The notes beneath the pieces are model-generated. The model saw only the letters and a program-made list of their open reading frames with translations. It was not told the DNA's origin and did no database searches. From Ignavibacteria bacterium RIFCSPLOWO2_12_FULL_56_21 (GTDB lineage Bacteria; Bacteroidota; Ignavibacteria; UBA10030), in assembly GCA_001802945.1 (NCBI GenBank), contig MHAK01000016.1, positions 6,803 to 70,802 on the forward strand: 64,000 nucleotides of DNA, in the 5' to 3' direction. The position numbers and the translations under genes are program-made. Positions 45,274-56,382 of the stretch are shown here, one piece after another. How positions within the stretch are numbered: the stretch's first letter is position 1; the number at the start of each line of letters is the position of its first letter.

Positions 45274-47298
45274 ATGCACGGGACCGCGACACGACCGCCG
45301 GGCCTCCGGCGCCTCGGACGTCCGTTGACGCTCGTCGTCGCACTGTTCGCGTCTGCGGCGGTGGCCCAGGAGAGCAGCGACTGCCTCGCCTGCCATTCCG
45401 ACGAGACGTTGAAGGGAGTCCGGCGTGGCCGCACCATTTCCGTGTTTGTGAACGAGACCGCGTTCACGGCGTCACAGCACGGGTCGCTGACCTGCGTCTC
45501 CTGCCATGCCGATCTCGAAGGGAAAGATTTCCCGCACGTTGAAGACCCTGCGAAAGTCCAATGCGGCACGTGCCACGACGGCGAAGAGAAACTCCATGCT
45601 GCATCGCTCCATGGCAAAGCACTGACCCGCGGGGATCCGCTTGCGCCGTCGTGCGCCGATTGCCACGGTGCGCATGCAATCAAGCCGGTCGAGCATCCGT
45701 CTTCGCCAGTCGCACCGTTGAAGATTCCCTTCACATGCGCCAAGTGCCATCAGGAAGGGGCGCCGGTCCAGCGCGCTCGGACGATCCATCAGGACCATAT
45801 CCTCGAGAATTTCTCCGAGAGCATTCACGGTGAAGGATTGCTCCGGAAAGGGCTCATTGTCGCCCCCAACTGCGCCACCTGCCACACCGCGCACTCGATC
45901 CTTCCCCATACCGACCCGAATTCGTCCATCGCACGTCGGAACATCGCCGCAACGTGCACGAAGTGTCACGCGCAAATCGAAAACGTCCACCGCAAGATCA
46001 TCAAAGGTGAATTGTGGGAAAAGGAAGCGAATGTCCTTCCGGCATGCGTCGATTGTCACCAGCCGCACAAGGTGCGAAAGGTATTTTATTCGCAGGGTAT
46101 GGCGGACCGCGACTGCCTGCGATGCCATGAAAGGGACGATATCCGGTCCACCGAAGACGGCCGCTCCCTCACGGTGGACCCGCTCGTGGTGGCCGATTCG
46201 CGTCACGTAAAAGTGAGTTGCAGCCAATGCCACGCCGGCGTAAACGCGTCGCATCTCCGGCCGTGCTCAACGATCACCCAGCCCGTAGACTGCGCCTCAT
46301 GCCATGCAGAAGTGGGACAGGAATTCATGTTGAGCATTCATGGTGTCCTGCTCGCGAAGCAAGATCCGAACGGGCCCACCTGCAAGGAATGTCACGGTAC
46401 CCACGAAGTTCTCGGAAAGCTGAACTCGAAATCACCCACATTCCCGACCAACGTACCCGATCTATGCGCCCGCTGTCATCGGGAAGGAGAAAAGGCAGCC
46501 GTCCGCTACGTCGGCACGCAACATCAGATCGTTGAGCGATACACCGAAAGCATTCACGGCAAGGGGCTAAAGAAGAGCGGACTGACCGTGACGGCAATGT
46601 GCACGAACTGTCACAGCGCGCATAGCATTTTGCCGAAGTCGGACCCGGCATCCACGGTGAACCCCACGCGACTCCCGGAAACCTGCGGCCGTTGCCACTT
46701 CGGCATCGAGGAGCAATTCAACAAGAGCGTTCACGCCACGCAACAGGGGAAGACGGACAAACCGCTTCCTGTCTGCAATGATTGTCACTCAGCCCATACG
46801 ATCCGGCGCGCCGACGAACAGGGATTCAAGCTCGAGATCATGAATCAGTGCGGGCGTTGTCACGAGCAGATCTCGAAGACGTATTTCGACACGTATCACG
46901 GCAAGGTGTCGCAGCTCGGTTATACGAAGACGGCCAAGTGTTACGATTGCCACGGGGCGCACGATATTCTTCCTGTCTCAGACCCTCGTTCGCACCTCAG
47001 CCACGACAATGTTGTCGGTACCTGCCAGAAGTGCCATCCTGGAGCCGGACGACGGTTCGCCGGATATCTCAGCCATGCAACTCACCATGATCCCGAAAAA
47101 TATCCGTTCCTGTTCTGGACGTTCTGGGGAATGACCTCGCTCCTGGTCGGAACATTTGTGTTCGGCGGCGTTCACACGCTGTTGTGGCTTCCAAAAGCGT
47201 TCCAGCTTCGGCGCGAGCGCAGACTGCGACATGCACAAGAAAAGAAGGATGCTGCCGCACCCTCGGAACCGACAGTACCTTCGGAGCCAACGCTATGA
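45274..47298 (+). CDS. 19-heme cytochrome c with C-terminal TM anchor
   Basis: Signal peptide LTLVVALFASAAVAQ, 19 CXXCH motifs counted, and C-terminal helix FWTFWGMTSLLVGTFVFGGVHTLLW. ATG 45274 lies 1 nt after the upstream stop. Confidence 0.85.
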   Translation: MHGTATRPPGLRRLGRPLTLVVALFASAAVAQESSDCLACHSDETLKGVRRGRTISVFVNETAFTASQHGSLTCVSCHADLEGKDFPHVEDPAKVQCGTCHDGEEKLHAASLHGKALTRGDPLAPSCADCHGAHAIKPVEHPSSPVAPLKIPFTCAKCHQEGAPVQRARTIHQDHILENFSESIHGEGLLRKGLIVAPNCATCHTAHSILPHTDPNSSIARRNIAATCTKCHAQIENVHRKIIKGELWEKEANVLPACVDCHQPHKVRKVFYSQGMADRDCLRCHERDDIRSTEDGRSLTVDPLVVADSRHVKVSCSQCHAGVNASHLRPCSTITQPVDCASCHAEVGQEFMLSIHGVLLAKQDPNGPTCKECHGTHEVLGKLNSKSPTFPTNVPDLCARCHREGEKAAVRYVGTQHQIVERYTESIHGKGLKKSGLTVTAMCTNCHSAHSILPKSDPASTVNPTRLPETCGRCHFGIEEQFNKSVHATQQGKTDKPLPVCNDCHSAHTIRRADEQGFKLEIMNQCGRCHEQISKTYFDTYHGKVSQLGYTKTAKCYDCHGAHDILPVSDPRSHLSHDNVVGTCQKCHPGAGRRFAGYLSHATHHDPEKYPFLFWTFWGMTSLLVGTFVFGGVHTLLWLPKAFQLRRERRLRHAQEKKDAAAPSEPTVPSEPTL

Positions 47299-48215
47299 CA
47301 CCTGAAACTGGCGGACAAACTCCGCCACCGGTCGCGAAGACTGCGCGCCGGACGCCGCGCTTCGTTGAAGCGGGCTGGCACGAACCGCCGCGGCTCCAGT
47401 ACGTTCGATTCTCGCGACTGAATCGGGTACTCCATGTCGTGATGATCGTCAGTTTCCTCAGTCTGGCGCTCACGGGCATGTCGTTGAAATTCTCATACAC
47501 GCAATGGGCCGTGGTTCTGTCGCATATGTTCGGTGGGTTTGAATCGGCCGGCTATGTCCACCGCTTTGCAGCGACCGTCATGATCATCATGTTTATCATT
47601 CACATCGTCGACCTCTTCCGCAGAAAGAACCGGGAGTTTGGGACATGGAAGGCGATGCTGACGGGACCTCATTCGATGGTATTCAACGCAAAGGACCTCG
47701 CCGATTTCATCGGCAACATGAAGTGGTTTGTGGGTAAAGGGCCCCGGCCGCAATATGGCCGCTGGACCTATTGGGAGAAGTTCGACTACATCGCTGTGTT
47801 CTGGGGGATGACGGTCATTGGATCGACCGGACTGATGTTATGGTTCCCGGAGATCTTCACCCTCGTCCTTCCAGGCTGGCTCATCAACGTTGCAACGATC
47901 ATCCACAGCGACGAAGCGTTGCTGGCGACCGGCTTTATTTTCACTGTGCACTTCTTCAATACTCATCTCCGCCCGGAAAAATTCCCAATGGACACCGTGG
48001 TGTTCACGGGGAGGATGGATGTGGAGGAACTCATGGACGATAAGCCTGCCGAGTACAATGAGCTTGTACGAAACGGCACGCTCCAGGAAAACCTCGCACC
48101 TGCATATCCTCCAATCGTCGAACGGGTTATCAGGGCCTTTGGCTGGACGGCCGTGACGATCGGGATCTGCGTCGTGGTGATGATCATCTATGCAATGGTC
48201 TTTGCATACAGATAA
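47295..48215 (+). CDS. membrane b-type cytochrome (FdnI/HydC/PhsC-like), paralogous to the C-terminal half of 43083-45272
   Basis: ATGA overlap with the 19-heme gene. Helices with conserved His (VLHVVMIVSF, VHRFAATVMIIMFIIH, TIIHSDE, FTVHFFNTH). Confidence 0.75.
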   Translation: MTPETGGQTPPPVAKTARRTPRFVEAGWHEPPRLQYVRFSRLNRVLHVVMIVSFLSLALTGMSLKFSYTQWAVVLSHMFGGFESAGYVHRFAATVMIIMFIIHIVDLFRRKNREFGTWKAMLTGPHSMVFNAKDLADFIGNMKWFVGKGPRPQYGRWTYWEKFDYIAVFWGMTVIGSTGLMLWFPEIFTLVLPGWLINVATIIHSDEALLATGFIFTVHFFNTHLRPEKFPMDTVVFTGRMDVEELMDDKPAEYNELVRNGTLQENLAPAYPPIVERVIRAFGWTAVTIGICVVVMIIYAMVFAYR

Positions 48216-48227
48216 GAAGGGAGCCCC

Positions 48228-50264
48228 ATGCCACTGATCGATTCGAAAACGGGCGATACCCGAAGGACATATTCAATCGCACAACTGGAATCCGCGGCGC
48301 GGCTGATGCGCGCCTATGACCTCGTGTGCCTCGCGGCCGCCGGCTCAGGCCATTCCGGCGGGACGCTCTCGATCATGGATATCGCCGCCGCGCTCTACCT
48401 CAAGGAAGCGCGTCTCGACCCACAGCAACCCGACTGGAAGAACCGCGACCGCATCGTCTGGTCGGTCGGTCACAAAGCGCCGAGCCTATATATCGCGATG
48501 GGAATGGCCGGATTCTTCGACCCGCGCGACGTTGTAACACTCAGGAAACTCGGCAGCCCGTTTCAAGGTCATCCGCATTGGCTGAAGATACCGGGAATCG
48601 AGGCATCGACCGGATCGCTCGGACAAGGACTGAGCATCGCCGTCGGTATGGCGCTCGGCCTTCGGCTTGACAAGTCCTCATCGCGCGTGTACTGCATCAT
48701 GGGAGACGGTGAACAGCAGGAGGGTCAGATCTGGGAAGCCGCGATGGAAGCAGGCCATTATCAGCTCGACAACCTCTGCGCCATCATTGACCGGAACCGA
48801 TTGCAAATCGACGGCAGGGTCGATGAAGTCATGAAGGTCGAATCCCTCCGTGCGAAATATGAAGCGTTCGGGTGGAACGTCGTCGAGACGGACGGACACA
48901 CGATGGACCGCATCGTCGACGCGTTCAATCAAGCCCGCTCCGTCAAAGGTCGTCCAACCGTCATTCTTGCCGAGACGGTAAAGGGAAAAGGGGTCGACTT
49001 CATGGAGAACGTCGCCGGCTGGCACGGCAAATCTCCGTCGATGGAAGAATTGACACGCGCACTGGGTCAACTGGGACTTCCCGAGCCACTGGACGTGGAT
49101 GCGATGATGAATATCGCGCGGGAGTTCCAGAAGAAGGCGGACCAGGCCATGGCGAAAAAAATGCCCGCGTTTGGAAAAGCTACCTGGTGGAATGCGGACG
49201 AAATGATGCGGGTCGACATGCAGCCGACGCGCAAAGGGTTTGGGACCGCATTGAAAAGACGTGGCGGAGATGCGCGCATCGTGTGTCTTGGCCTTGACAT
49301 TTCGGGCTCGATCACGATCAGCGATTTCTACGCTTCGAATCCCGAGCGCAAGGACCGATGGTTCAGCATGGGCATTGCGGAGCAAAGCGCGATCTGTGTT
49401 GCCGCCGGCCTCGCCCGCGAAGGCAGGATTCCCGTGCTGGGTACGTACGGAACATTCGCCGCAGGCCGATGTCTCGACCAGATCCGCACGACTGTCTGTT
49501 ATGGCGAACTGAACGTGCTCATCGCCGGGGCCCACGGAGGTGTCTCGGTTGGACCCGACGGCGCAACGCATCAGTCTCTCGAAGATCTGTTCCAGATTTG
49601 CGGACTTCCGAACATCCGCGTTTCTGTGCCGTGCGACAACGTCGAAACGGAGAAGGCGACAGAACACATGCTGTTCAACGCGGTCGGGCCGAAATACATC
49701 CGTTTTGCCCGCGAGGCGACTCCTGTGGTGACGACGGCGGCGACCCCCTTCAAATTCGGAGTGGCGAACATCATCCGATTCCGCGGCATACAGCCGAGGT
49801 TCATCGACGCTTTCGAGACGCGGCTGGCATCGGAGGTCCCGAATGAATCGGAGCATCTTTCCATCATCGCCTGTGGACCCATGGTCCCGGAAGCGATGCG
49901 GGCTGCCGTCATTCTGAAGAATGTGTTCGGCTATGAGACGCGCGTGATCAACATGCACACGCTGAAGCCATTGGACGCGGCTGCGGTCATCCGCGGTGCC
50001 CGGGAAACCGGCGTTGTCATAACGGCTGAAGAGCATCAAATCGGCGGACTCGCCGACCGGGTATGCCGGATCATCACGGAATCATACGAGCTTTACCGCC
50101 GCCCCGTCATCACGGGGTCGATCGGCGTCAACGACCGCTTCGGCGAGTCGGGGGCGCCGTGGGAATTGATCAAAGAATTCGGCGTCAGCGCTGAACACAT
50201 CGCGCAGAAGGCGCACGAATTGGTGCAGTTGAAAAGCGAGGAATTGCTGAAACCGATGGCGTAA
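48228..50264 (+). CDS. tkt: transketolase (single polypeptide)
   Basis: 678 aa. GSGHSGGTLSIMDI, GSLGQGLSIAVGMA, MGDGEQQEGQIWEA and the C-terminal pyrimidine-binding region FSMGIAEQ. Confidence 0.9.
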   Translation: MPLIDSKTGDTRRTYSIAQLESAARLMRAYDLVCLAAAGSGHSGGTLSIMDIAAALYLKEARLDPQQPDWKNRDRIVWSVGHKAPSLYIAMGMAGFFDPRDVVTLRKLGSPFQGHPHWLKIPGIEASTGSLGQGLSIAVGMALGLRLDKSSSRVYCIMGDGEQQEGQIWEAAMEAGHYQLDNLCAIIDRNRLQIDGRVDEVMKVESLRAKYEAFGWNVVETDGHTMDRIVDAFNQARSVKGRPTVILAETVKGKGVDFMENVAGWHGKSPSMEELTRALGQLGLPEPLDVDAMMNIAREFQKKADQAMAKKMPAFGKATWWNADEMMRVDMQPTRKGFGTALKRRGGDARIVCLGLDISGSITISDFYASNPERKDRWFSMGIAEQSAICVAAGLAREGRIPVLGTYGTFAAGRCLDQIRTTVCYGELNVLIAGAHGGVSVGPDGATHQSLEDLFQICGLPNIRVSVPCDNVETEKATEHMLFNAVGPKYIRFAREATPVVTTAATPFKFGVANIIRFRGIQPRFIDAFETRLASEVPNESEHLSIIACGPMVPEAMRAAVILKNVFGYETRVINMHTLKPLDAAAVIRGARETGVVITAEEHQIGGLADRVCRIITESYELYRRPVITGSIGVNDRFGESGAPWELIKEFGVSAEHIAQKAHELVQLKSEELLKPMA

Positions 50265-50287
50265 GCACTGCCGGGGCCGGTATTTTT

Positions 50288-50377
50288 GAACCGCCAAGAA
50301 GTACGTTTGGAGTACATCATGCTCCGGATTCACAATTTCACAAAATCTCTCTTGGCGACCTTTGCGACTTGGCGGTC
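50288..50377. repeat. family B tandem-word hairpin
   Basis: GAACCGCCAAGAAG ... CTTGGCGACCTTTGCGACTTGGCGGTC, between tkt and the aminotransferase gene. Confidence 0.6.
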
Positions 50378-50423
50378 ATCTTTTCTCCTAAACTCTCGGG
50401 CTCTCTACAGTTAGAGGTGTTCT

Positions 50424-51659
50424 ATGAAGATTGCACAACGCATGAATCGACTCGGAACGGAAACGGCGTTCGATGTTCTGACAGAAGTGAATGCTCTTCG
50501 GTCGCAGGGTCGGGACATCATCAGTCTTGCCATCGGTGAGCCTGCTTGCGATACCGCCGACTACATCAAACAGGCGGCGAAAGATGCCCTCGACCTGAAC
50601 ATGACCCACTACGGTCCTTCGCAGGGGCTTCCCGCGTTTCGCGAAGTCATTGCCAAGCACGTTGCGGAAACGCGGAACATTTCCGTGTCTCCCGAAGAGA
50701 TTGTGGTCGTTCCGGGGGGAAAGCCAGTGATCTTTTTCAGTATCCTCGCATGCATCGAAGAAGGAGACGAGGTGGTGTACCCGCTCCCCGGATATCCGAT
50801 CTACGAGTCGATGATCCGGTTTGCGGGAGGAATTGCCGTCCCGCTCAGGTTGCGCGAGGAACATGGGTTCAGCTTCGATGTGCGCGAGTTACGCAAGAGC
50901 GTAACGGACCGGACGCGCATGATCATCGTCAATTCTCCGCAGAATCCGACCGGCGGAATCATTCCCAAATCGGACCTGCATGAGATATCGGAATTGGCCC
51001 TTCATCACGACCTGTGGGTCCTCTCCGACGAGATCTACAGGCGTATCACGTATGAGACTCCCGCCGAAAGCGTCAGTCAGTTTCCAGGTATGAAGGAGCG
51101 GACGATCATACTCGACGGACATTCCAAAACGTATGCCATGACCGGCTGGCGCGTGGGGTACGGAGTCATGCCGCGGGCACTTGCCATGCATGTCACTCGG
51201 CTCATGACGAATTCAAACTCGTGCACGGCGACGTTTTCGCAGCACGCAGCGATGGTCGCGATGACCGGTCCGCAGGAGAGTGTGACGCGCATGGTGGCCG
51301 ACTTTCGCCGCCGCCGAGACCTGATCGTCGACGGTCTCAACGGTATCGAAGGGTTTTCCTGCCGGAAACCGATGGGCGCATTCTATGCTTATCCGAATGT
51401 GACGAATGCGTGCAGGACCCTGGGGCTGAAAGATTCGCGCATGCTTCAGCAATACCTTCTGCAAGAGGCGGGAGTTGCGGTTCTCGGTCAGCAATGCTTC
51501 GGAACGCGGTTGCCCGAAGACAATCAGGAATACATTCGTTTCTCGTATGTTTCGTCGGATGAGGACATTCGCGAGGCATTGCGGCGGGTAAAAAATTCTC
51601 TTTCCGATTCCGCACACGTTTCATCTTTCTTGGCGCGCCAGCCTCAGGCGGTAGCATAA
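50424..51659 (+). CDS. class I/II PLP-dependent aminotransferase (aspartate aminotransferase-like)
   Basis: 411 aa. LAIGEP, NSPQNPTGG, SKTYAMTGWRVGY (PLP lysine), and RFSY near the C-terminus. Confidence 0.9.
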   Translation: MKIAQRMNRLGTETAFDVLTEVNALRSQGRDIISLAIGEPACDTADYIKQAAKDALDLNMTHYGPSQGLPAFREVIAKHVAETRNISVSPEEIVVVPGGKPVIFFSILACIEEGDEVVYPLPGYPIYESMIRFAGGIAVPLRLREEHGFSFDVRELRKSVTDRTRMIIVNSPQNPTGGIIPKSDLHEISELALHHDLWVLSDEIYRRITYETPAESVSQFPGMKERTIILDGHSKTYAMTGWRVGYGVMPRALAMHVTRLMTNSNSCTATFSQHAAMVAMTGPQESVTRMVADFRRRRDLIVDGLNGIEGFSCRKPMGAFYAYPNVTNACRTLGLKDSRMLQQYLLQEAGVAVLGQQCFGTRLPEDNQEYIRFSYVSSDEDIREALRRVKNSLSDSAHVSSFLARQPQAVA

Positions 51660-51837
51660 CATGAATTGCGGTACACGAAGGACCATGTCGCGCCACGAAA
51701 AGATAGTACGTCCAAACACTTCGCGCCCCTACGTGGTGCTTGGTGGACAATTTTTCTTAATGGGCTCTACTTCGGAAGGGCCGGCCTTGAAGTTCGGAGA
51801 GAAGTAATGTATCATTTGCCTCCTATGGGAGTAATGC

Positions 51838-53370
51838 ATGACGAATGACGTCGGGGCCACGCTCGAAGAGCTGAAGAGAAAGCGGAAGTTCCCAAACGCG
51901 TTCTATAATCCGATCACGCTATTCGGACTGGGTCTCAGCCTTCTCAGTCTTGCGCTCATTTCCTTCCTGCTCGTCCTCGATTATTTCTCCGCGACATCCA
52001 AGCCGTATGTCGGCGTCATAGCGTTCATCCTGTTGCCTCTTGTCTTCATCGCCGGAGGCCTCACGTCATTCTGGGGGGCTTGGAGGTATCACCGGCACCT
52101 GGCGAAGAAAGGGATCGTTGTTTATCATCTGCCCCGGGTCGACCTCAACGACCCGCGTCATCTTCGGGCGACGCTGTTTAGCTTGGCGGCAGTACTCGCC
52201 GTCGGAGGTACGGCGGCATTCACGAGCTACCAAGCGTATGAATACACAGAATCGGACGAGTTCTGCGGCACCACGTGCCACAGCGTCATGAATCCCGAAT
52301 TCACCGCGTATCAATTCTCGCCCCATGCACGCGTAGGATGCGTGGAATGTCACATCGGCTCCGGGGCCGACTACTTTGTGAAGTCGAAGCTTTCCGGCAG
52401 CTATCAGGTGTATGCGGTCGCGTTCAACAAGTATCCCAGACCCATTCCCACCCCCATTCAAAACCTGCGTCCTGCGCAGGAAACATGCGAACAATGCCAT
52501 TGGCCGAAAAATTTCTTCAGCGAAAAACTGCACAAGAATTCGTATTTCCTGTCGGATGAAAAGAACACAAGATGGGACCTGGACCTGCTGATGAAGATCG
52601 GCGGCGGGAACATTGAGGTGGGGCCAACGTCCGGCATCCACTGGCACATGAACATCGCCAACGTGGTGACCTACGGGACGGTCGATTCGTCGCGGCAGAC
52701 GATCGCCTGGGTGAAGTCCCGCGATTCCGCAGGAGTGGAACGCATCTACCGCAATACGGATCAGCCGCTGTCGGCCGAAGATTCGAGCAAGGTCATGGTC
52801 CGGAAAATGGACTGCCTCGACTGTCACAACAGGCCTTCGCACGCCTACCATCCCCCGGCCATGTCGGTGAACACCGCCATGACGTACGGATGGATCGACC
52901 CAAGCCTTCCGTATGTCAAGTCGGTGGCCGTCGACGCGCTCGACCGGGGTTATACGACGAACACAGTGGCGATGGACAGCATTCGTGTATTGTTGTCGGA
53001 CTACTATGAAGAAAAGTATCCCGACATTGCGCGCCGCGACCGTGGAAAGATCGAACGGACCATCCAGGAAGTACAAAAGATCTACTCAAGGAACTACTTC
53101 CCGGAGATGAAAGTCGAGTGGCGGAAGTTTCCCGATAATATCGGCCACCTGTTCTATCCGGGATGCTTCCGTTGTCATGACGGAAAGCATGTCGACGCGG
53201 AAGGGAAGTCGCTGTCCCGGGAATGCAATGTGTGTCACACCATCCTGGCCCAGCAATTCCAGGACGACAAGCTGAGACTTTCTCTCGGCGGCGTAGAGTA
53301 TCGCCACCCCGTCGATATCGGCGATGCGTGGAAAGAAATGAACTGCAACGATTGCCATAACAGCCGGTAA
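51838..53370 (+). CDS. membrane-anchored NapC/NirT-like multiheme cytochrome c (6 CXXCH + 1 CX3CH)
   Basis: Three N-terminal TM helices, then ESDEFCGTTCHSVM...HARVGCVECH (NapC/NirT-like signature). Further CXXCH motifs: CEQCH, CLDCH, CFRCH, CNVCH, CNDCH. Confidence 0.8.
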   Translation: MTNDVGATLEELKRKRKFPNAFYNPITLFGLGLSLLSLALISFLLVLDYFSATSKPYVGVIAFILLPLVFIAGGLTSFWGAWRYHRHLAKKGIVVYHLPRVDLNDPRHLRATLFSLAAVLAVGGTAAFTSYQAYEYTESDEFCGTTCHSVMNPEFTAYQFSPHARVGCVECHIGSGADYFVKSKLSGSYQVYAVAFNKYPRPIPTPIQNLRPAQETCEQCHWPKNFFSEKLHKNSYFLSDEKNTRWDLDLLMKIGGGNIEVGPTSGIHWHMNIANVVTYGTVDSSRQTIAWVKSRDSAGVERIYRNTDQPLSAEDSSKVMVRKMDCLDCHNRPSHAYHPPAMSVNTAMTYGWIDPSLPYVKSVAVDALDRGYTTNTVAMDSIRVLLSDYYEEKYPDIARRDRGKIERTIQEVQKIYSRNYFPEMKVEWRKFPDNIGHLFYPGCFRCHDGKHVDAEGKSLSRECNVCHTILAQQFQDDKLRLSLGGVEYRHPVDIGDAWKEMNCNDCHNSR

Positions 53371-53381
53371 GGAGTTCGCGC

Positions 53382-53837
53382 ATGACCGAATCAACCGCGG
53401 AAAAAGTTCAGGAAGAGCGTCGCGATCTCCTGAAGTGGCTCCTGGGAGGGAGCCTGGTCGCCTGGATCGCTTCGGTCGCGTACCCCATTCTGGCATATCT
53501 ACAACCCCCCAAGCAGAATGAAGTTGCTGTACAGAGCATAAAAGCAGGAAAACTTTCGGAGATCGAACTGGATTCCGGTAGGATCGTAAAGTTCGGCACT
53601 AAGCCGGTTATTCTCATCCGCACCAACACGAACGAGCTCAAGGCTTTTACCGCCACGTGTACGCATCTCGACTGCACGGTGCAATACAGCAAGGAGAAGG
53701 GCATCATCTGGTGTGCGTGCCACAACGGGCAGTACGACCTCACGGGTCGGAATATCGGCGGACCGCCCCCAAAACCTCTGGAGGAATTCAGGGTCCTCAT
53801 TCAAGAAGACGAGGTCCTAATCTCGAAAAACACATGA
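53382..53837 (+). CDS. Rieske [2Fe-2S] protein
   Basis: Tat-like [11 protein letters not shown] with a TM helix. Cluster boxes CTHLDCTV and [17 protein letters not shown]. Confidence 0.9.
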   Translation: MTESTAEKVQEERRDLLKWLLGGSLVAWIASVAYPILAYLQPPKQNEVAVQSIKAGKLSEIELDSGRIVKFGTKPVILIRTNTNELKAFTATCTHLDCTVQYSKEKGIIWCACHNGQYDLTGRNIGGPPPKPLEEFRVLIQEDEVLISKNT

Positions 53838-54910
53838 AGACGATCTGGGAGAAGTTGTATAAGTGGATCGACGAGCGGGTAGACCTTGCGGACCTCGTCG
53901 AGTTTATGGGAAAAAAATACGTTCCCATCCATCGACATTCCATTTGGTACTACTTCGGGGGTGTGACGCTCTTCCTCTTCCTGATCCAAGTGGTGAGCGG
54001 GATCCTTCTCCTGATGTACTACAAAGGGAGTGAAGATCTGGCATTCGAGAGCATCCAGTTCATCATGTCGAAAGTCCAGTTTGGCTGGCTCATCCGGTCC
54101 ATCCATTCATGGGCCGCGAATCTGTTTATTCTTGCGGCCGTCATTCATATGTTTAGCGTGTACTTTACAAAGGCGTACCGAAAACCACGCGAGATCACTT
54201 GGCTCACCGGCATGTTCATGCTCTTCCTCGGGATGGGGTTTGGCTTCAGCGGATACCTCCTCCCATGGAACGAACTCGCATTCTTTGCCACCAAAGTCGG
54301 AACAGATATCGCAGGAGCTGTGCCCATCGTCGGTAAGCCGATCATGGTGTTGCTCAGGGGGGGAGAAGATGTCACGGGCGCCACGTTATCACGCATGTTC
54401 GGATTTCATGTCGCCATTTTCCCCGGGATCTTCGCGGTTCTTCTGGGGATTCATCTCGTTCTAGTGCAGCGCCAGGGTATGAGCGAGCCCATCGGACATT
54501 CTGAGTCGGGTGGGGACCTCAAAACAATGCCGTTCTTCCCGAATTTCCTTTTGCGGGACCTGTTGCTTTGGTTGATTGTGCTGAACGTGCTGGCGATTCT
54601 CGCCGTCCTCTTTCCGTGGGAATTGGGGGTGAAGGCCGATCCGTTCGCTTCCGCACCCGCGGGCATCAAACCTGAGTGGTACTTTTTGTTCATGTTCCAA
54701 TCGTTGAAATATATCCCTGCGGAAGTTCTGTACATCGAAGGGGAGATCTTGGGGATCCTACTTTTTGGCCTGGCCTTTGCGTTGTGGACAATGGTTCCTT
54801 TTTGGGATCGGAAGAGCAACTTCGGCCAAGAGAACAAGGTTGTCACCTATGTGGGCCTCTTTGTTGTGGCGTTTGTCATTGCACTGACGATCTTGGGGTG
54901 GACAGCATGA
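53834..54910 (+). CDS. cytochrome b of a Rieske/cyt b complex (b6-like part fused to subunit IV-like part)
   Basis: [19 protein letters not shown], and the PEWY Qo motif ([11 protein letters not shown]). ATGA overlaps at both ends. Confidence 0.9.
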   Translation: MKTIWEKLYKWIDERVDLADLVEFMGKKYVPIHRHSIWYYFGGVTLFLFLIQVVSGILLLMYYKGSEDLAFESIQFIMSKVQFGWLIRSIHSWAANLFILAAVIHMFSVYFTKAYRKPREITWLTGMFMLFLGMGFGFSGYLLPWNELAFFATKVGTDIAGAVPIVGKPIMVLLRGGEDVTGATLSRMFGFHVAIFPGIFAVLLGIHLVLVQRQGMSEPIGHSESGGDLKTMPFFPNFLLRDLLLWLIVLNVLAILAVLFPWELGVKADPFASAPAGIKPEWYFLFMFQSLKYIPAEVLYIEGEILGILLFGLAFALWTMVPFWDRKSNFGQENKVVTYVGLFVVAFVIALTILGWTA

Positions 54911-56382
54911 GTATGAATACACGTCGGATTCGCGCCGCTTCCATTTTCGCTCTCATTCTGTTCCATCCACTGGTTTCGTTTTCACAGGACCAGTGCCGCA
55001 CTTGCCACGAATCCATCGAGGATCCACGCGCCCTCGCGTTTGCGGCTGATATTCACGCCTCAAATGGGATATCGTGTGCCGACTGCCACGGAGGCGACCG
55101 CACCAAAGAAGATATGGAAGAAGGGATGAGCGCCGGAGCGGGATTTCGAGGTGTCCCGGTCGGAGATGCGATCTCCGATGTGTGTGCCTCGTGCCACAGC
55201 GATGCTTCGAAGATGGTACACGTCTACAAGTCTACTCTGCCTCTTGATCAGGTCGAAGCCTTGAAGGCGTCTGTACACGGCCAGCAGTCAGTCTCAGGCA
55301 GGAGCCGTATCGCCCAATGCACCTCCTGCCACGGAGCGCACGGTATTCTCCCCAGATCGAACAGAAAATCGCCCGTCCACCCGGCGAACGTTCCGACAAC
55401 GTGCGCACGATGCCATTCCAATGCCGGCTACATGACGGCGTATGACCCATCGATGCCCGTCGATCAATATCAGAAGTATCGCAGCAGCGTCCATGGAAAA
55501 TTGAATCAACGGGGTGACTCGAAGGTGGCGGAGTGCGCAAGCTGCCACGGAAGCCACGACATCCTGGCGGCGAAGGATGTCCGGTCCAAGGTCTATCCGA
55601 TCAACCTTCCCGCAACGTGCGGTTCGTGCCATGCCGACGCGGTGTACATGCGCGGATACGGAATCGGCACGGATCAGTTGAAAGAGTACTCGAAAAGCGT
55701 CCACGGCGTTGCCCTTTTGCAAAAGCACGACATCGGTGCCCCAGCCTGCAACGACTGTCACGGTAATCACGGAGCGGTCCCTCCTGGAGTGGAATCGATA
55801 TCGAAGGTGTGCGGATCATGCCATGCCCTCAATGCCGACCTGTTCTCGAAAAGCCCACACAAGAAGGCTTTCGATACACGTGGTCTGCCAGAATGCGAGA
55901 CCTGCCACGGGAACCATGAAGTTGTAAGGACAACGGACCAGCTTCTCGGGGTCGGTAAGGAAGCTGTCTGCGCATGGTGCCACAAAGACGATACAAAGTC
56001 GCGTGGCCACATCGTTGCCGCCACCATGCGTCAACTGGCCGATAGTCTGGCCGACGCAGAGGATTCTGCGCAGCGGCTTCTCAACGATGCAGAGCAAAAA
56101 GGAATGGAGGTCGGCGAGGCCCGGTTCGCGGCCCGGAGTATCAGGCAGGCCCGCCTCGAGTCAAGGACAAAAGTCCACTCCTTCCAGGAATCACAATTCA
56201 GAGATGTTGTGGAAAAGGGACTGTCAGCCGCCAAAGACGTTTCGGCACAAGCAGAGGAGGCCATCGGAGAGTACCACTTCCGTCGTTGGGGATTGTTGAT
56301 AGCCTCATTCGCCATCACCCTTCTGGCGGTCTCGCTATATCTGCTGATTCGCAGGATTGAGAGTCGACAACGAGCAAAGTGA
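54907..56382 (+). CDS. 11-heme cytochrome c with C-terminal coiled-coil and TM anchor
   Basis: Signal peptide, 11 CXXCH motifs counted, and C-terminal helix [21 protein letters not shown]. Confidence 0.85.
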   Translation: MSMNTRRIRAASIFALILFHPLVSFSQDQCRTCHESIEDPRALAFAADIHASNGISCADCHGGDRTKEDMEEGMSAGAGFRGVPVGDAISDVCASCHSDASKMVHVYKSTLPLDQVEALKASVHGQQSVSGRSRIAQCTSCHGAHGILPRSNRKSPVHPANVPTTCARCHSNAGYMTAYDPSMPVDQYQKYRSSVHGKLNQRGDSKVAECASCHGSHDILAAKDVRSKVYPINLPATCGSCHADAVYMRGYGIGTDQLKEYSKSVHGVALLQKHDIGAPACNDCHGNHGAVPPGVESISKVCGSCHALNADLFSKSPHKKAFDTRGLPECETCHGNHEVVRTTDQLLGVGKEAVCAWCHKDDTKSRGHIVAATMRQLADSLADAEDSAQRLLNDAEQKGMEVGEARFAARSIRQARLESRTKVHSFQESQFRDVVEKGLSAAKDVSAQAEEAIGEYHFRRWGLLIASFAITLLAVSLYLLIRRIESRQRAK

